64,000 nucleotides of DNA. It comes from Eledone cirrhosa. Taxonomy: Eukaryota. The notes beneath the pieces are model-generated. The model searched no databases. It worked only from the letters and a program-made list of their open reading frames with translations, and was not told where the DNA came from. The number at the start of each line of letters is the position of its first letter. Within the stretch, counting starts at the first letter, position 1. Both the position numbers and the translations under genes were made by a program. This document shows, piece after piece, positions 12,006 through 25,239 of the stretch. Location: assembly GCA_964016885.1 (NCBI GenBank), contig OZ024744.1, positions 104,718,001 to 104,782,000 on the forward strand, given 5' to 3'.

Positions 12006-13117
12006 TACAGCCTTTGTTAATTCTAACGTTGCTAACTGCTCCTCTGTACATTGCTTGCACTGCCTTCACAAGCCACTCCTAGTTTTCTTCCAACCTCTTG
12101 TTTGGAAAGCTTTCTGAAGCTTGATGTCCTTCCTATCACCAACCACTTTACAGCATGTACTGGGTGCATTTATCATGTAGATCACCAACACTAGAGAGGT
12201 TGTTGTGTCTTTGACACAACTAAAGGGTCCTCTGAACACTTTTATGCATGGTTTCCTGTCAATAACCAGCCTTATGGAGTGTACCAGGAGCATTTTTATG
12301 GCACCATCACTAGAGAAGTTGTTGGTCATAGATCCAACTGTAGAGCCCTCTCAGCTCTGGTAAGGCAGGCAATTGTGGAGGGAGATAGGTATGAAGTTAT
12401 AGGTGTATATGGGGATTTTCAGTAAAAACCTTTCCTTTTTTATTTATCCTGCAATGATTAAGTAGAAAATGTCTAAAAGCTGGTTTCTTAATGTATTTTA
12501 TTAAGTATTTTATTTATAAATGTTTATATCATAACTGTGAAAATTTGCAGTATCTAAACTATGATAAAGTAAGGAGTGCGGGACTGCGTACGGTTTATTT
12601 CTTTTAATCCAGTTAGTAAAATAAGTTGGATTACTTTGAATAAATAATGAATGAATATTACATAATTTATCTACTAAATTTCGTAGCTGTTGATTAAATA
12701 TATTTTATTCCTTATTTAAAGATTCACTTCTTTATAATTGTCCATATCTATATGCATATATACTTGCGTATAATATCAATATGCACACTACACATGCTAG
12801 CAGAAAACCACCTGAAGGGTGGTTTTTCTGCTAGTTAGAGTAAATAATCTAATTTTGAACAGTCATTTTGCTGCATTGTACTCTTCAAGAATATCTTGCT
12901 AATGTGGCTTCATAAGGTACAGGCTGTTAAAAGTTAACGTAATGAGTACTATATTTAACTGTGATCTCTTTCCATTCCTCTACACATATATCATCATCAT
13001 CATCATCATCGTTTTACATCAATTTTTCCATGCTAGCATGGGTTAGACAAGTTGTCCTGTTGTGAGCAATGCTAGGTCAGGTGACCATGTCTTGCACATA
13101 CACATACATATATATAT

Positions 13118-13427
13118 ATATGTATATAAAGACCCCCTTCAATCATGAATTACCATGGGACTTGCACCTAGAAAGTTCCCCTCCGAGGCACAAGTCCGAG
13201 CAAGGTTGTTTATGGAAGACCAACAGTCACACCTCTCCATATCACCACCAATGTTGTCCAAGGAAAAAGCAAAGGCTGATACAGCTTGGTGCCAGTGACA
13301 TAAACTGGGGCAACATGAAATAAAGTGTGTTGCTCAAGGACACAATGTATCATCCAGTCTGGGAATTGAACTCACAACCTCACAATTACAAGCCCAATGT
13401 TCTAAGCACTAAACCATGCACCTTCAC
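13118..13427 (-). mobile_element. tRNA/CORE-type SINE, subfamily with a different 3' body
   Basis: Head and CORE (AAAGTGTGTTGCTCAAGGACAC...AATTGAACTCACAACC on the plus strand) match 9230-9348; the 3' part differs. Confidence 0.6.
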
Positions 13428-13482
13428 ACATATACATATAATCGTCATCATCATTTAATGTCAGTTTTTCCACAATGCAGTT

Positions 13483-14135
13483 GACTATAATAATTGTATC
13501 TACTTTGTTAACTATAATAATTGTTTCTACTTTAGGCACAAGGCCAGCAATTACCCAGTGCATTACTGGTACTTTATTTTATCGACCCCGTAAGGATGAA
13601 AGGCAAAGTCAACCTCGGCGGGATTTGAACTCAGATCGTAAAGGGACGTAACTATGCTGGAAAGCATGGCGTCCGACACTCTACCGATACTGCCAATCCA
13701 CCGCCCTTTGTTAACTATAATAATTATTTCTACTTTTGGCACAAGGCCAGTAATTACCCAGTACATTACTGGTACTTTATTTTATCGACCCCAGAAGGAT
13801 GAAAGGCAAAGTCAACCTTGGCGGGATTTGAACTCAGATCGTAAAGGGATGTAACTATGCTGGAAAGCATGGCGTCCGACACTCTACCGATACTGCCAAT
13901 CCACCGCCAATCCACCGCCCTTTGTTAACTATAATAATTATTTCTACTTTTGGCACAAGGCCAGTAATTATCCAGTACATTACTGGTACTTTATTTTATC
14001 GACCTCGTAAGGATGAAAGCAAAGTCAACCTCGGCGGGATTTGAACTCAGATCGTAAAGGGATGTAACTATGCTGGAAAGCATGTCCGACCCTCTACTGA
14101 TACTGCCAATCCACCGCCCTTAACTATAATAATAC
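13483..14135 (-). mobile_element. Three head-to-tail OK-like SINE copies
   Basis: Three units of about 205 bp, each bounded by TTAACTATAATAAT. Confidence 0.9.
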
Positions 14136-15384
14136 TTGATAACTATAAATAATAGTTAAATAAGTTGAGTGAAGATACCTTGAAGATGGAAAATAGTGGA
14201 CAGTGACACCTGCAGGGAATTGAACCTCATACAAGAGAGGCATGGCTCAGTTCTTTGCTACGCACTAATCAAGATTGTGTTGTATAGGTCTAGGGTGCTT
14301 GAGATGTGATGTATACTAAGACATTTGTGTTTCCATTTCTTCCAGCTAGTGCCTGTGTCTGTGTGTTAGTTCTAGGTGTCAGACTTAAGTCTGTTGTCAC
14401 TATCTTTAGATTAGTGCTAATCATTTAAAAAAATAACTGCAACCTCTACTCTGAGAGGCCATAACTATATTGTTTGCCAATGAACCACTCTTACAGAAAT
14501 AATCTGTACTTAACATGTGTAGACACAGAATATATAAAACATACCTCAACCAAACACCTGCAACTAGAAGATATTATACACACACAACATACCTTTAAAC
14601 ATAACAAACCCCACCAAAACCTTATAACCCATACCAGTCATAATGAACTAAATATGTAACTAACATCATGACACCCAGGGAAAAGCTCACTAAAATTATC
14701 ACTACACACAATAGATAACACCCCTTGTATAAGAAAGACACTAATACACCAACTATAATGCCAAAAGGTCTTTGTAAACTAATGAGTACAGTGATAAATA
14801 TACTAATACCACATAACTAGATAGTAATACTTATACCCTTTTATGATAGCAAATGAAACAAGACCCAAAACCAAATACATACACCATATATCCACAATAC
14901 AGATGTAATAACCCATACAGAAAGCCCCCTTATGACATAAACAATCTAACAGAGAAATACTCCATTATGCAACTTCAACACAACATCCACATCCAGTAAT
15001 ACAAAAAACAACAACATACATTTAGATATAAAGTATTTTTTTTTAATTGACTCACACTAAAGATGACAACAGACTTAAATCTAACACTTAGAACTAAGAC
15101 ACTGACTGTAGCTGGCAGAGATATCTCAAGCAACCTAGACCCATAAAATACAATCTTCATAAGTAATCAGCACACTCCCACCAAAAACACCACCGCTACC
15201 CTAGTATCCACCAAACCTTTAACCACAACAACTCTATAACTGTCTTATTCCAGCCTTTATTGGGTCTTTTGAATATTCCACTTCCATTTTTATTCCTATT
15301 CTAATCCCCCTTTCTACTTTAGTTCGACTGTAGCTTCTCAAAACAAATCTTTTCCATCTGTCTCAAGAATAGAGGATCAGGCTA

Positions 15385-15690
15385 GAGCTTATCCCAGTTT
15401 CTATGGTGTTAAGCATCAGAAGAGGGTTCAAGACTCCACCTCCCCTGGATAGGACGCTTCGAGTCTGTTTCGAGTATTAAGGCTCAATAGGCCGGTGCTT
15501 ATCCCAGCTCCCATGGTGTCAAGTGACAGAGTACAAAACTCGCCACCCCTGGACAGGATGCCAGTCCATCGCAGGGTTGAACCTCCAGCTATTGTTGGTA
15601 CTCATTTTGAGCAAAGTATACTGGAGCAACTTGAAATGAAGTGATTTACTCAAGGACACAACATACAACCCAGTCCAGGAACTGAACCCA
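15385..15690 (-). mobile_element. tRNA-derived SINE with a V-domain-like segment
   Basis: Minus strand CCTTGAGTAAATCACTTCA (CORE-like) then CCCTGCGATGGACTGGCATCCTGTCCAGGGG; partial duplicate at about 15385-15460. Confidence 0.55.
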
Positions 15691-16184
15691 CATGATAAAA
15701 TGGTCTACAGCAGAAGTTAATACAAACCCTTTGATTTAATCCACATTTTGCCATCAAAATAGTTTAACTTTGGCCATAGGGCATATATACCTTATAATAA
15801 TATTTATATACCTATACATGCAGAGTGCACTCTTCAGCTATTTTCACCTTTACTCTTTGAGGACACCCATAATCACATTATTTCTTTATTTTTCTCTAAT
15901 CCTAACTTGCTAAGTAATTATGCTTTGCTGAGGAGGTCTCCTAAGATTGAAATATGTCTGTTGCTTTCCCCAAGCTGGTTTATAGACAAGGTCCACTCTC
16001 ACTGCATTCTTTTAAAAGACTTGGATCAGGCAGGTCTACAGTTGTGTCTTGACCAAATACTCCAGAATAGAGTTTTGGTCTTAATAGTTTCCCCCACTCA
16101 CCATATTTAGAGAGTGGGACTCTATTTGTGTGTATACACTTTATGTAGTGTTCTCATCAGGTTATTTTCACCTCTACCCTTTGT

Positions 16185-16185
<1 letters not shown>

Positions 16186-16220
<35 letters not shown>

Positions 16221-16305
16221 GTGTGTGTGTGCTGTGTATGTATGTGTGGGTATACATATATATATATATGTGTGTGTATACATGTATATATATGTGTGTG
16301 TGTAT

Positions 16306-16346
<41 letters not shown>

Positions 16347-16412
16347 TATATATACATATACATATACATATGTATGTATATCACATATACATCTATCACA
16401 CATGTATATGTG
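16186..16412. repeat. (TA)n/(TG)n compound microsatellite
   Basis: Direct reading. Confidence 0.9.
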
Positions 16413-16703
16413 TCAATTTACATGTTTAGTTGCTTCCAACGGGTGTATTTCTAGCCATGCTATATTAATTTGAAAGTAAGACGGAGTTCGTTTTAAGTGT
16501 GTGAATGGAAACAGTGCAATATAAAATATACATCATGCAACAGGCCTCAACGTTCTTGTATGTATACACACCCCTTCACTCCGCTTATGTACTACAATGT
16601 GTAATCTTGTCTATTTAGGGGGGTGTAAACAGCATTTAAACTGCAAGTAATAATACGGGAAGGAATTTCTGTAGGAAGTTGATTTTAAATATTTTTCTCT
16701 CAC

Positions 16704-16792
16704 CTGTATCCTCTGTTAGATGAACGGGGCGGAATTCGAAAAACAAAAACTTCATTCTTCACACAAATGACGCTCTCGTATTCCCCAGCCAT
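16704..16792 (-). CDS. NECAP: First coding exon of adaptin ear-binding coat-associated protein (NECAP1/2 family)
   Basis: Manual translation [29 protein letters not shown](R) matches the NECAP N-terminus (recalled human NECAP1 [31 protein letters not shown]); ends at phase-2 donor AG|GTGAGA; exon 2 not recognised within 1-16703. Confidence 0.93.
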
Positions 16793-18439
16793 GTTGAAAT
16801 GATAGTGAGGCCGCTTATATCAATCAACACTGAAGATGTCAAGGGTTAGGTGACAAGGGTCAGGGGTCATTAAGCTTAAGAGTTCAACTAACCATGATTA
16901 GAAGTACCAGCTCATTATTAAGCCTATTATTATAAATGATATGTTGATATCTGTGTTGGCGATAATTGCGAGTGTTGTTTTTCAATATACATTGTTTGGT
17001 ATCTTCTATAAACTGTACATGTTGCACTTATGTACACATGTAACTTAATATGTCTTACGTAATTTAATTTATATTTGAGGGAGAACAAGTGTTTATTTCC
17101 TTTCAGCACTGAAATTATGGCAAGGACTTCTACAATTAAATCATCTTTCTTTTTCGTCGATACAACGGTTAATATATGATGCAAATAAAAATAGATAATG
17201 ATTCTGTATTAGATACAAATTTGTTCAGAAAGTTGTGTTAGCAAAACGAGAAAAATATATTTTTTATATTTTAAACAAATATAAAGGGATATCAATTGAT
17301 TTGTTTTTATTTGAAATCCACGTATAATGCTGCCCTAGTTTGGTTCTTTAATCCACATTAGTAGGCGGGTCATATGGTCGTCTTGGAGCTATTTACACAG
17401 CAAATTACTCATGTTTATTCATCTTTGAAAACTTTTATGCGGAAGTCAGGAGATGAGCCAGATCTATTCTGGGTCGTCTGCTCCAATGAATATTATTTTA
17501 AATTGGGGAGAGGATCTTATGGCTCCTAAATCACTATACACGCGTTGTTGTTATTTAACCCCAGCCCAGCCATGATCCAGCTATCCTATAATAATAATCT
17601 TCCAGTCATGACCATCCAATTATTATTTTTTTTTTTATTAGACAGGTCTACACTAACAAATGTGTCCTTCCTTTTATAAGTACTATAATAAAAGGCGTTC
17701 CGCCATGAAGTACATCAACGTCTTTATTGTTTAATGTATATTTTTAAAAGACGAGAGAGTTGAATTCATGGAGATTTGGCAGCTATTTCAAGAGTCATAG
17801 ACTTTACTGTCCAAAACATTTTTTTTTAAAATACTTGTCGATCCGATTCATTTTTATTTCTGTGTATTTGCTAAAGTGTATGTGGTAATTAAGTATATAT
17901 AGTAATATTCAATACACTTTAATTCAATTTATGATACGGTTAGGGGTTCATTCGGGGTTTAAAGTTAAAGGGCAGGATGGTCACGGCTGGAAACCTGTAG
18001 AAATTTCTTCTTGATCATTCATGTTTTTAGCATATGTGCCAAAACTAAAATGAGTCGGACAGTTGTCAGCTTTAAACATTTTCTTTCGAATCGTAAAGAG
18101 ATTAGCTGCTATTTCTAGCCTGTCTAACAACCTACCAAGAGACTTCTTCGTTGACTTGCCGATCAATATGTAAATCATCAGCTTTGCTATCCACGTAACA
18201 ACATGACACACGTTATTATCAAGCTAGCTCTTAATGTCCTTTTTAAACTCCAATCTGCTCTCAACATATGTAAACACTACTCCCAGCCGTATAAATAATA
18301 AAAAAACTTATTAATCGCTATGTGGTGGCTGTGGTGTAAAAATATGTTGTTTGAAACAACAACGATTGAACCGTTTATAAAAACAACCGACCGAGGTAAA
18401 GGAAATGATAAACATTTATTTCCAGTTTAATGTCATTAT

Positions 18440-20280
18440 CCTCCTTATCACCATTTAACGCCCATTTTCCACGCTAGCGTGAGTTAGGCGTTTTGTCTCG
18501 TTATGAGACAAGCCAAATCAGATGAAGGTGTCTTGTTGCTTATACAGAACTGCCTCTGTCTTGATTTCTGCGGCTAGATGCCCTTCCTAACACCAACCAC
18601 TTTAGTGTGTACTGGGTGCTTTTTATCATGGCACCAAAACGACCACTTTACAGTGTGTACTGGGTGCTTTTTATCATGGCACCAAAACGACCACTTTACA
18701 GTGTGTACTGGGTGCTTTTTATCATGGCACCAAAATGACCATCTAACAGGCTAGACTGGCTTTATAATGTGGACGGGGAACTTTTTTGTTATGTCATCTA
18801 CACGACCACTTTACAGTGCCGACTGGGCACTTTCTCTTGTGACACCAACACAACCACTTTATAGTCTGGACAAGGCACTTTTTGTCATGTCACCTACATG
18901 ACCACTTTACAGTGTGGACTGGATGCTTTTTGTCGTAACACCAACATGACCACTTTACAGGGTGAACTGGGCGCTTTTTGTCGTAACACCAACATGACCA
19001 CTTTACGGGGTGAACTGGGCGCTTTTTGTCGTAACACCAACACGACCACTTTACAGGGTGAACTGGGCACTTTTTGTCGTAACACCAACACGATCACTTT
19101 ACAAGGTGAACTGCGTGCTTTTTGTTGTAACACCAACATGACCACTTTACGGGGTGAACTGGGCGCTTTTTGTTGAAACACCAACACGATCACTTTACAG
19201 GGTGAACTGGGCGCTTTTTGTCGTAACACCAACACGATCACTTTACGGGGTGAACTGCGCGCTTTTTGTTGTAACACCAACATGACCACTTTACAGGGTG
19301 AACTGGGCGCTTTTTGTCGTAACACCAATACGATCACTTTACAGGGTGAACTGCGCGCTTTTTGTTGTAACACCAATACTACCACTTTACAGGATGAACT
19401 GGGTGCTTTTTGTCGTAACACCAATACGATCACTTTACAGGGTGAACTGGGCGCTTTTTGTCGTAACACCAACATGACCACTTTACGGGGTGAACTGGGC
19501 GCTTTTTGTCGTAACACCAACACGATCACTTTACAGGGTGAACTGCGTGCTTTTTGTTGTAACACCAACATGACCACTTTACGGGGTGAACTGGGCGCTT
19601 TTTGTTGAAACACCAACACGATCACTTTACAGGGTGAACTGGGCGCTTTTTGTCGTAACACCAACACGATCACTTTACGGGGTGAACTGCGCGCTTTTTG
19701 TTGTAACACCAACACGATCACTTTACAGGGTGAACTGCGCGCTTTTTGTCGTAACACCAACACGACCACTTTACAGGGTGAACTGGGCGCTTTTTGTCGT
19801 AACACCAATACGATCACTTTACAGGGTGAACTGCGCGCTTTTTGTTGTAACACCAATACGACCACTTTACAGGGTGAACTGGGTGCTTTTTGTCGTAACA
19901 CCAATACGATCACTTTACAGGGTGAACTGGGCGCTTTTTGTCGTAACACCAACATGACCATTTTACGGGCTGAACTGGGCGCTTTTTGTCGTAACACCAA
20001 TACGATCACTTTACAGGGTGAACTGGGCGCTTTTTGTCGTAACACCAACACGACCACTTTACGGGGTGAACTGGGCGCTTTTTGTCGTAACACCAACACG
20101 ACCACTTTACAGGGTGAACTGGGCGCTTTTTGTCGTAACACCAACACGACCACTTTACAGGGTGAACTGGGCGCTTTTTGTCGTAACACCAACACGATCA
20201 CTTTACAGGGTGAACTGGGCGCTTTTTGTCGTAACACCAACACGACCACTTTACAGGGTGAACTGGGCGCTTTTTGTCAT
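18440..20280 (-). repeat. RTE-3'UTR/SINE-type element whose 48-bp module is expanded to about 35 copies (18593-20278)
   Basis: Unit ACGACCACTTTACAGGGTGAACTGGGCGCTTTTTGTCGTAACACCAAC; element tail and GATGCCCTTCCTAACACCAA at 18440-18597. Confidence 0.92.
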
Positions 20281-20449
20281 GTGTACAAACACAAATGCAC
20301 ATTTGAAACCTGAAAATACTCACTTAAAAATTCAGTCATTAATTTTGCCTCAGAAAATAAATAGGGTTTCATGTGGTGCAGGATGTTAAGACTTGATACT
20401 GTGTTCTTGTAACGTTTCCTTCCAGTCTTCATTATCTGGTGAATTGGCC

Positions 20450-20635
20450 AGTGGATTGGCAGTATCGGTAGAGGGTTGGACGTCATGCTTTCTAGCATAG
20501 TTACGTCCCTTTACGGTCTGAGTTCAAATCCCGTCGAGGTTAACTTTACCTTTCATCCTTACGGGGTCGATAAAATAAAGTACCAGTAATGTACTGGGTA
20601 ATTGCTGGCCTTGTGCCTAAAGTAGAAACAATTAT
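20450..20635 (+). mobile_element. OK-like SINE
   Basis: Full head, B-box, central domain and tail. Confidence 0.85.
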
Positions 20636-20814
20636 CTGACAGTTTGATAAATGTTACTGTTAACCCTTCCTGCTGATACTTATACTATTAACAACACTAA
20701 GACATTTAGATAACCTGTAAAGTACCAGGACCATCAATTGCTGGTATAATCAAAGTGTCTGGGATGGTGGACCACAATTTATCTACCTATATGACCTATA
20801 ATCAGGTAATACAG

Positions 20815-23800
20815 AATACCTAACAACTGTCTAACAACATAGACCACACCTTAATTACCTATATTGTAACTCAGGTAATATAGAATGGTGTCATACCTAA
20901 CAACAGTCAGTCTTACAACAACATTGACCACACCTTAATTACCTATATTGTAACTCAGGTAATATAGAATGGTGTCATACCTAACAACAGTCAGTCTTAC
21001 AACAACATTGACCACACCTTAATTACCTATATTGTAACTCAGGTAATATAGAATGGTGTCATACCTAACAACAGTCTTACAACAACATTGACCACACCTT
21101 AATTACCTATATTGTAACTCAGGTAATATAGAATGGTGTCATACCTAACAACAGTCTTACAACAACATAGACCACACCTTAATTACCTATATTGTAACTC
21201 AGGTAATATAGAATGGTGTCATACCTAACAACAGTCTTACAACAACATTGACCACACCTTAATTACCTATATTGTAACTCAGGTAATATAGAATGGTGTC
21301 ATACCTAACAACAGTCTTACAACAACATTGACCACACCTTAATTACCTATATTGTAACTCAGGTAATATAGAATGGTGTCATACCTAACAACAGTCTTAC
21401 AACAACATAGACCACACCTTAATTACCTATATTGTAACTCAGGTAATATAGAATGGTGTCATACCTAACAACAGTCAGTCTTACAACAACATTGACCACA
21501 CCTTAATTACCTATATTGTAACTCAGGTAATATAGAATGGTGTCATACCTAACAACAGTCAGTCTTACAACAACATTGACCACACCTTAATTACCTATAT
21601 TGTAACTCAGGTAATATAGAATGGTGTCATACCTAACAACAGTCTTACAACAACATTGACCACACCTTAATTACCTATATTGTAACTCAGGTAATATAGA
21701 ATGGTGTCATACCTAACAACAGTCTTACAACAACATAGACCACACCTTAATTACCTATATTGTAACTCAGGTAATATAGAATGGTGTCATACCTAACAAC
21801 AGTCAGTCTTACAACAACATTGACCACACCTTAATTACCTATATTGTAACTCAGGTAATATAGAATGGTGTCATACCTAACGACAGTCAGTCTTACAACA
21901 ACATAGACCACACCTTAATTACCTATATTGTAACTCAGGTAATATAGAATGGTGTCATACCTAACGACAGTCTAACAACATTGACCACACCTTTATTACC
22001 TATATTGTAACTCAGGTAATATAGAATGGTGTCATACCTAACAACAGTCAGTCTTACAACAACATTGACCACACCTTAATTACCTATATTGTAACTCAGG
22101 TAATATAGAATGGTGTCATACCTAACAACAGTCAGTCTTACAACAACATTGACCACACCTTAATTACCTATATTGTAACTCAGGTAATATAGAATGGTGT
22201 CATACCTAACAACAGTCTTACAACAACATTGACCACACCTTAATTACCTATATTGTAACTCAGGTAATATAGAATGGTGTCATACCTAACAACAGTCTTA
22301 CAACAACATTGACCACACCTTAATTACCTATATTGTAACTCAGGTAATATAGAATGGTGTCATACCTAACAACAGTCAGTCTTACAACAACATTGACCAC
22401 ACCTTAATTACCTATATTGTAACTCAGGTAATATAGAATGGTGTCATACCTAACAACAGTCTTACAACAACATTGACCACACCTTAATTACCTATATTGT
22501 AACTCAGGTAATATAGAATGGTGTCATACCTAACAACAGTCTTACAACAACATTGACCACACCTTAATTACCTATATTGTAACTCAGGTAATATAGAATG
22601 GTGTCATACCTAACAACAGTCTTACAACAACATTGACCACACCTTAATTACCTATATTGTAACTCAGGTAATATAGAATGGTGTCATACCTAACAACAGT
22701 CAGTCTTACAACAACATTGACCACACCTTAATTACCTATATTGTAACTCAGGTAATATAGAATGGTGTCATACCTAACAACAGTCAGTCTTACAACAACA
22801 TTGACCACACCTTAATTACCTATATTGTAACTCAGGTAATATAGAATGGTGTCATACCTAACAACAGTCTTACAACAACATTGACCACACCTTAATTACC
22901 TATATTGTAACTCAGGTAATATAGAATGGTGTCATACCTAACAACAGTCTTACAACAACATAGACCACACCTTTATTACCTATATTGTAACTCAGGTAAT
23001 ATAGAATGGTGTCATACCTAACAACAGTCAGTCTTACAACAACATAGACCACACCTTAATTACCTATATTGTAACTCAGGTAATATAGAATGGTGTCATA
23101 CCTAACAACAGTCTTACAACAACATTGACCACACCTTAATTACCTATATTGTAACTCAGGTAATATAGAATGGTGTCATACCTAACGACAGTCTAACAAC
23201 ATTGACCACACCTTAATTACCTATATTGTAACTCAGGTAATATAGAATGGTGTCATACCTAACAACAGTCTTACAACAACATTGACCACACCTTAATTAC
23301 CTATATTGTAACTCAGGTAATATAGAATGGTGTCATACCTAACGACAGTCTAACAACATTGACCACACCTTAATTACCTATATTGTAACTCAGGTATTAT
23401 AGAATGGTGTCATACCTAACGACAGTCTAACAACATTGACCACACCTTAATTACATATATTGTAAATCAGGTATTATAGAATGGTGTCATACCTAACGGC
23501 AGTCTAACAACATTGACCACACCTTAATTACCTATATTGTAACTCAGGTATTATAGAATGGTGTCATACCTAACGACAGTCTAACAACATTGACCACACC
23601 TTAATTACATATATTGTAAATCAGGTATTATAGAATGGTGTCATACCTAATGACTGTCTAACAACATTGACCACACCTTAATTACCTATATTGTAACTCA
23701 GGTAATATAGAATGGTGTCATACCTAACGACAGTCTAACAACATTGACCACACCTTAATTACCTATATTGTAACTCAGGTATTATAGAATGGTGTCATAC

Positions 23801-25165
23801 CTAACGGCAGTCTAACAACATAGACCACACCTTAATTACCTATATTGTAACTCAAGTATTATAGAATGGTGTCATACCTAACGACAGTCTAACAACATTG
23901 ACCACACCTTAATTACATATATTGTAAATCAGGTATTATAGAATGGTGTCATACCTAATGACTGTCTAACAACATTGACCACACCTTAATTACCTATATT
24001 GTAACTCAGGTATTATAGAATGGTGTCATACCTAACGACAGTCTAACAACATAGACCACACCTTAATTACCTATATTGTAACTCAAGTATTATAGAATGG
24101 TGTCATACCTAACGACAGTCTAACAACATTGACCACACCTTAATTACATATATTGTAAATCAGGTATTATAGAATGGTGTCATACCTAATGACTGTCTAA
24201 CAACATTGACCACACCTTAATTACCTATATTGTAACTCAGGTATTATAGAATGGTGTCATACCTAACGACAGTCTAACAACATAGACCACACCTTAATTA
24301 CCTATATTGTAACTCAAGTATTATAGAATGGTGTCATACCTAACGGCAGTCTAACAACATAGACCACACCTTAATTACCTATATTGTAACTCAAGTATTA
24401 TAGAATGGTGTCATACCTAACGACAGTCTAACAACATTGACCAAACCTTAATTACCTATATTGTAACTCAAGTATTATAGAATGGTGTCATACCTAACGA
24501 CAGTCTAACAACATAGACCACACCTTAATTACCTATATTGTAACTCAAGTATTATAGAATGGTGTCATACCTAACGACAGTCTAACAACAACATTGACCA
24601 CACCTTAATTACCTATATTGTAACTCAGGTATTATAGAATGGTGTCATACCTAACGACAGGCTAACAACAACATAGACCACACCTTAACTACATATATTG
24701 TAACTCAGGTAATATAGAATGGTGTCATACCTAACGACAGTCTAACAACATTGACCACACCTTAATTATTTATATTGTAACTCAGGTAATATAGAAAGGT
24801 GTCATACCTAACGACAGTCTAACAACATTGACCACACCTTAATTACATATATTGTAAATCAGGTATTATAGAATGGTGTCATACCTAATGACTGTCTAAC
24901 AACATTGACCACACCTTAATTACATATATTGTAAATCAGGTATTATAGAATGGTGTCATACCTAATGACTGTCTAACAACATTGACCACACCTTAACTAC
25001 CTATATTGTAACTCAGGTAATATAGAAAGGTGTCATACCTAACAACAGTCTTACAACAACATTGACCACACCTTAATTACCTATATTGTAACTCAGGTAA
25101 TATAGAAAGGTGTCATACCTAATGACTGTCTAACAACAACATTGATCGCACCTTAATTACCTAAC
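20815..25165. repeat. Minisatellite, 76/80/84-bp unit, about 55 copies
   Basis: ACCACACCTTAATTACCTATATTGTAACTCAGGTAATATAGAATGGTGTCATACCTAACAACAGTC(AGTC)TTACAACAACATTG and a 76-bp variant. Confidence 0.97.
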
Positions 25166-25239
25166 TATGTATCTGGCAGACAATATCAAATGTAGGTTAT
25201 TTATCTCCCTTTGGCTTATTTTCTTCAGCAGAATGCTCT

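Noticed and set aside
14420-15250. Possible Penelope GIY-YIG relic in AC-rich DNA
   Set aside because: Only a vague resemblance; no diagnostic motif could be read.
18894-20249. 451-aa ORF of 16-aa repeats
   Set aside because: It is a by-product of a stop-free 48-bp array derived from non-coding retroelement sequence; no splice or start context supports a gene.
20815-25165. CRISPR array or tandem hammerhead ribozymes
   Set aside because: No unique spacers, no cas genes, eukaryotic context, and no CTGATGA...GAAA core on either strand.
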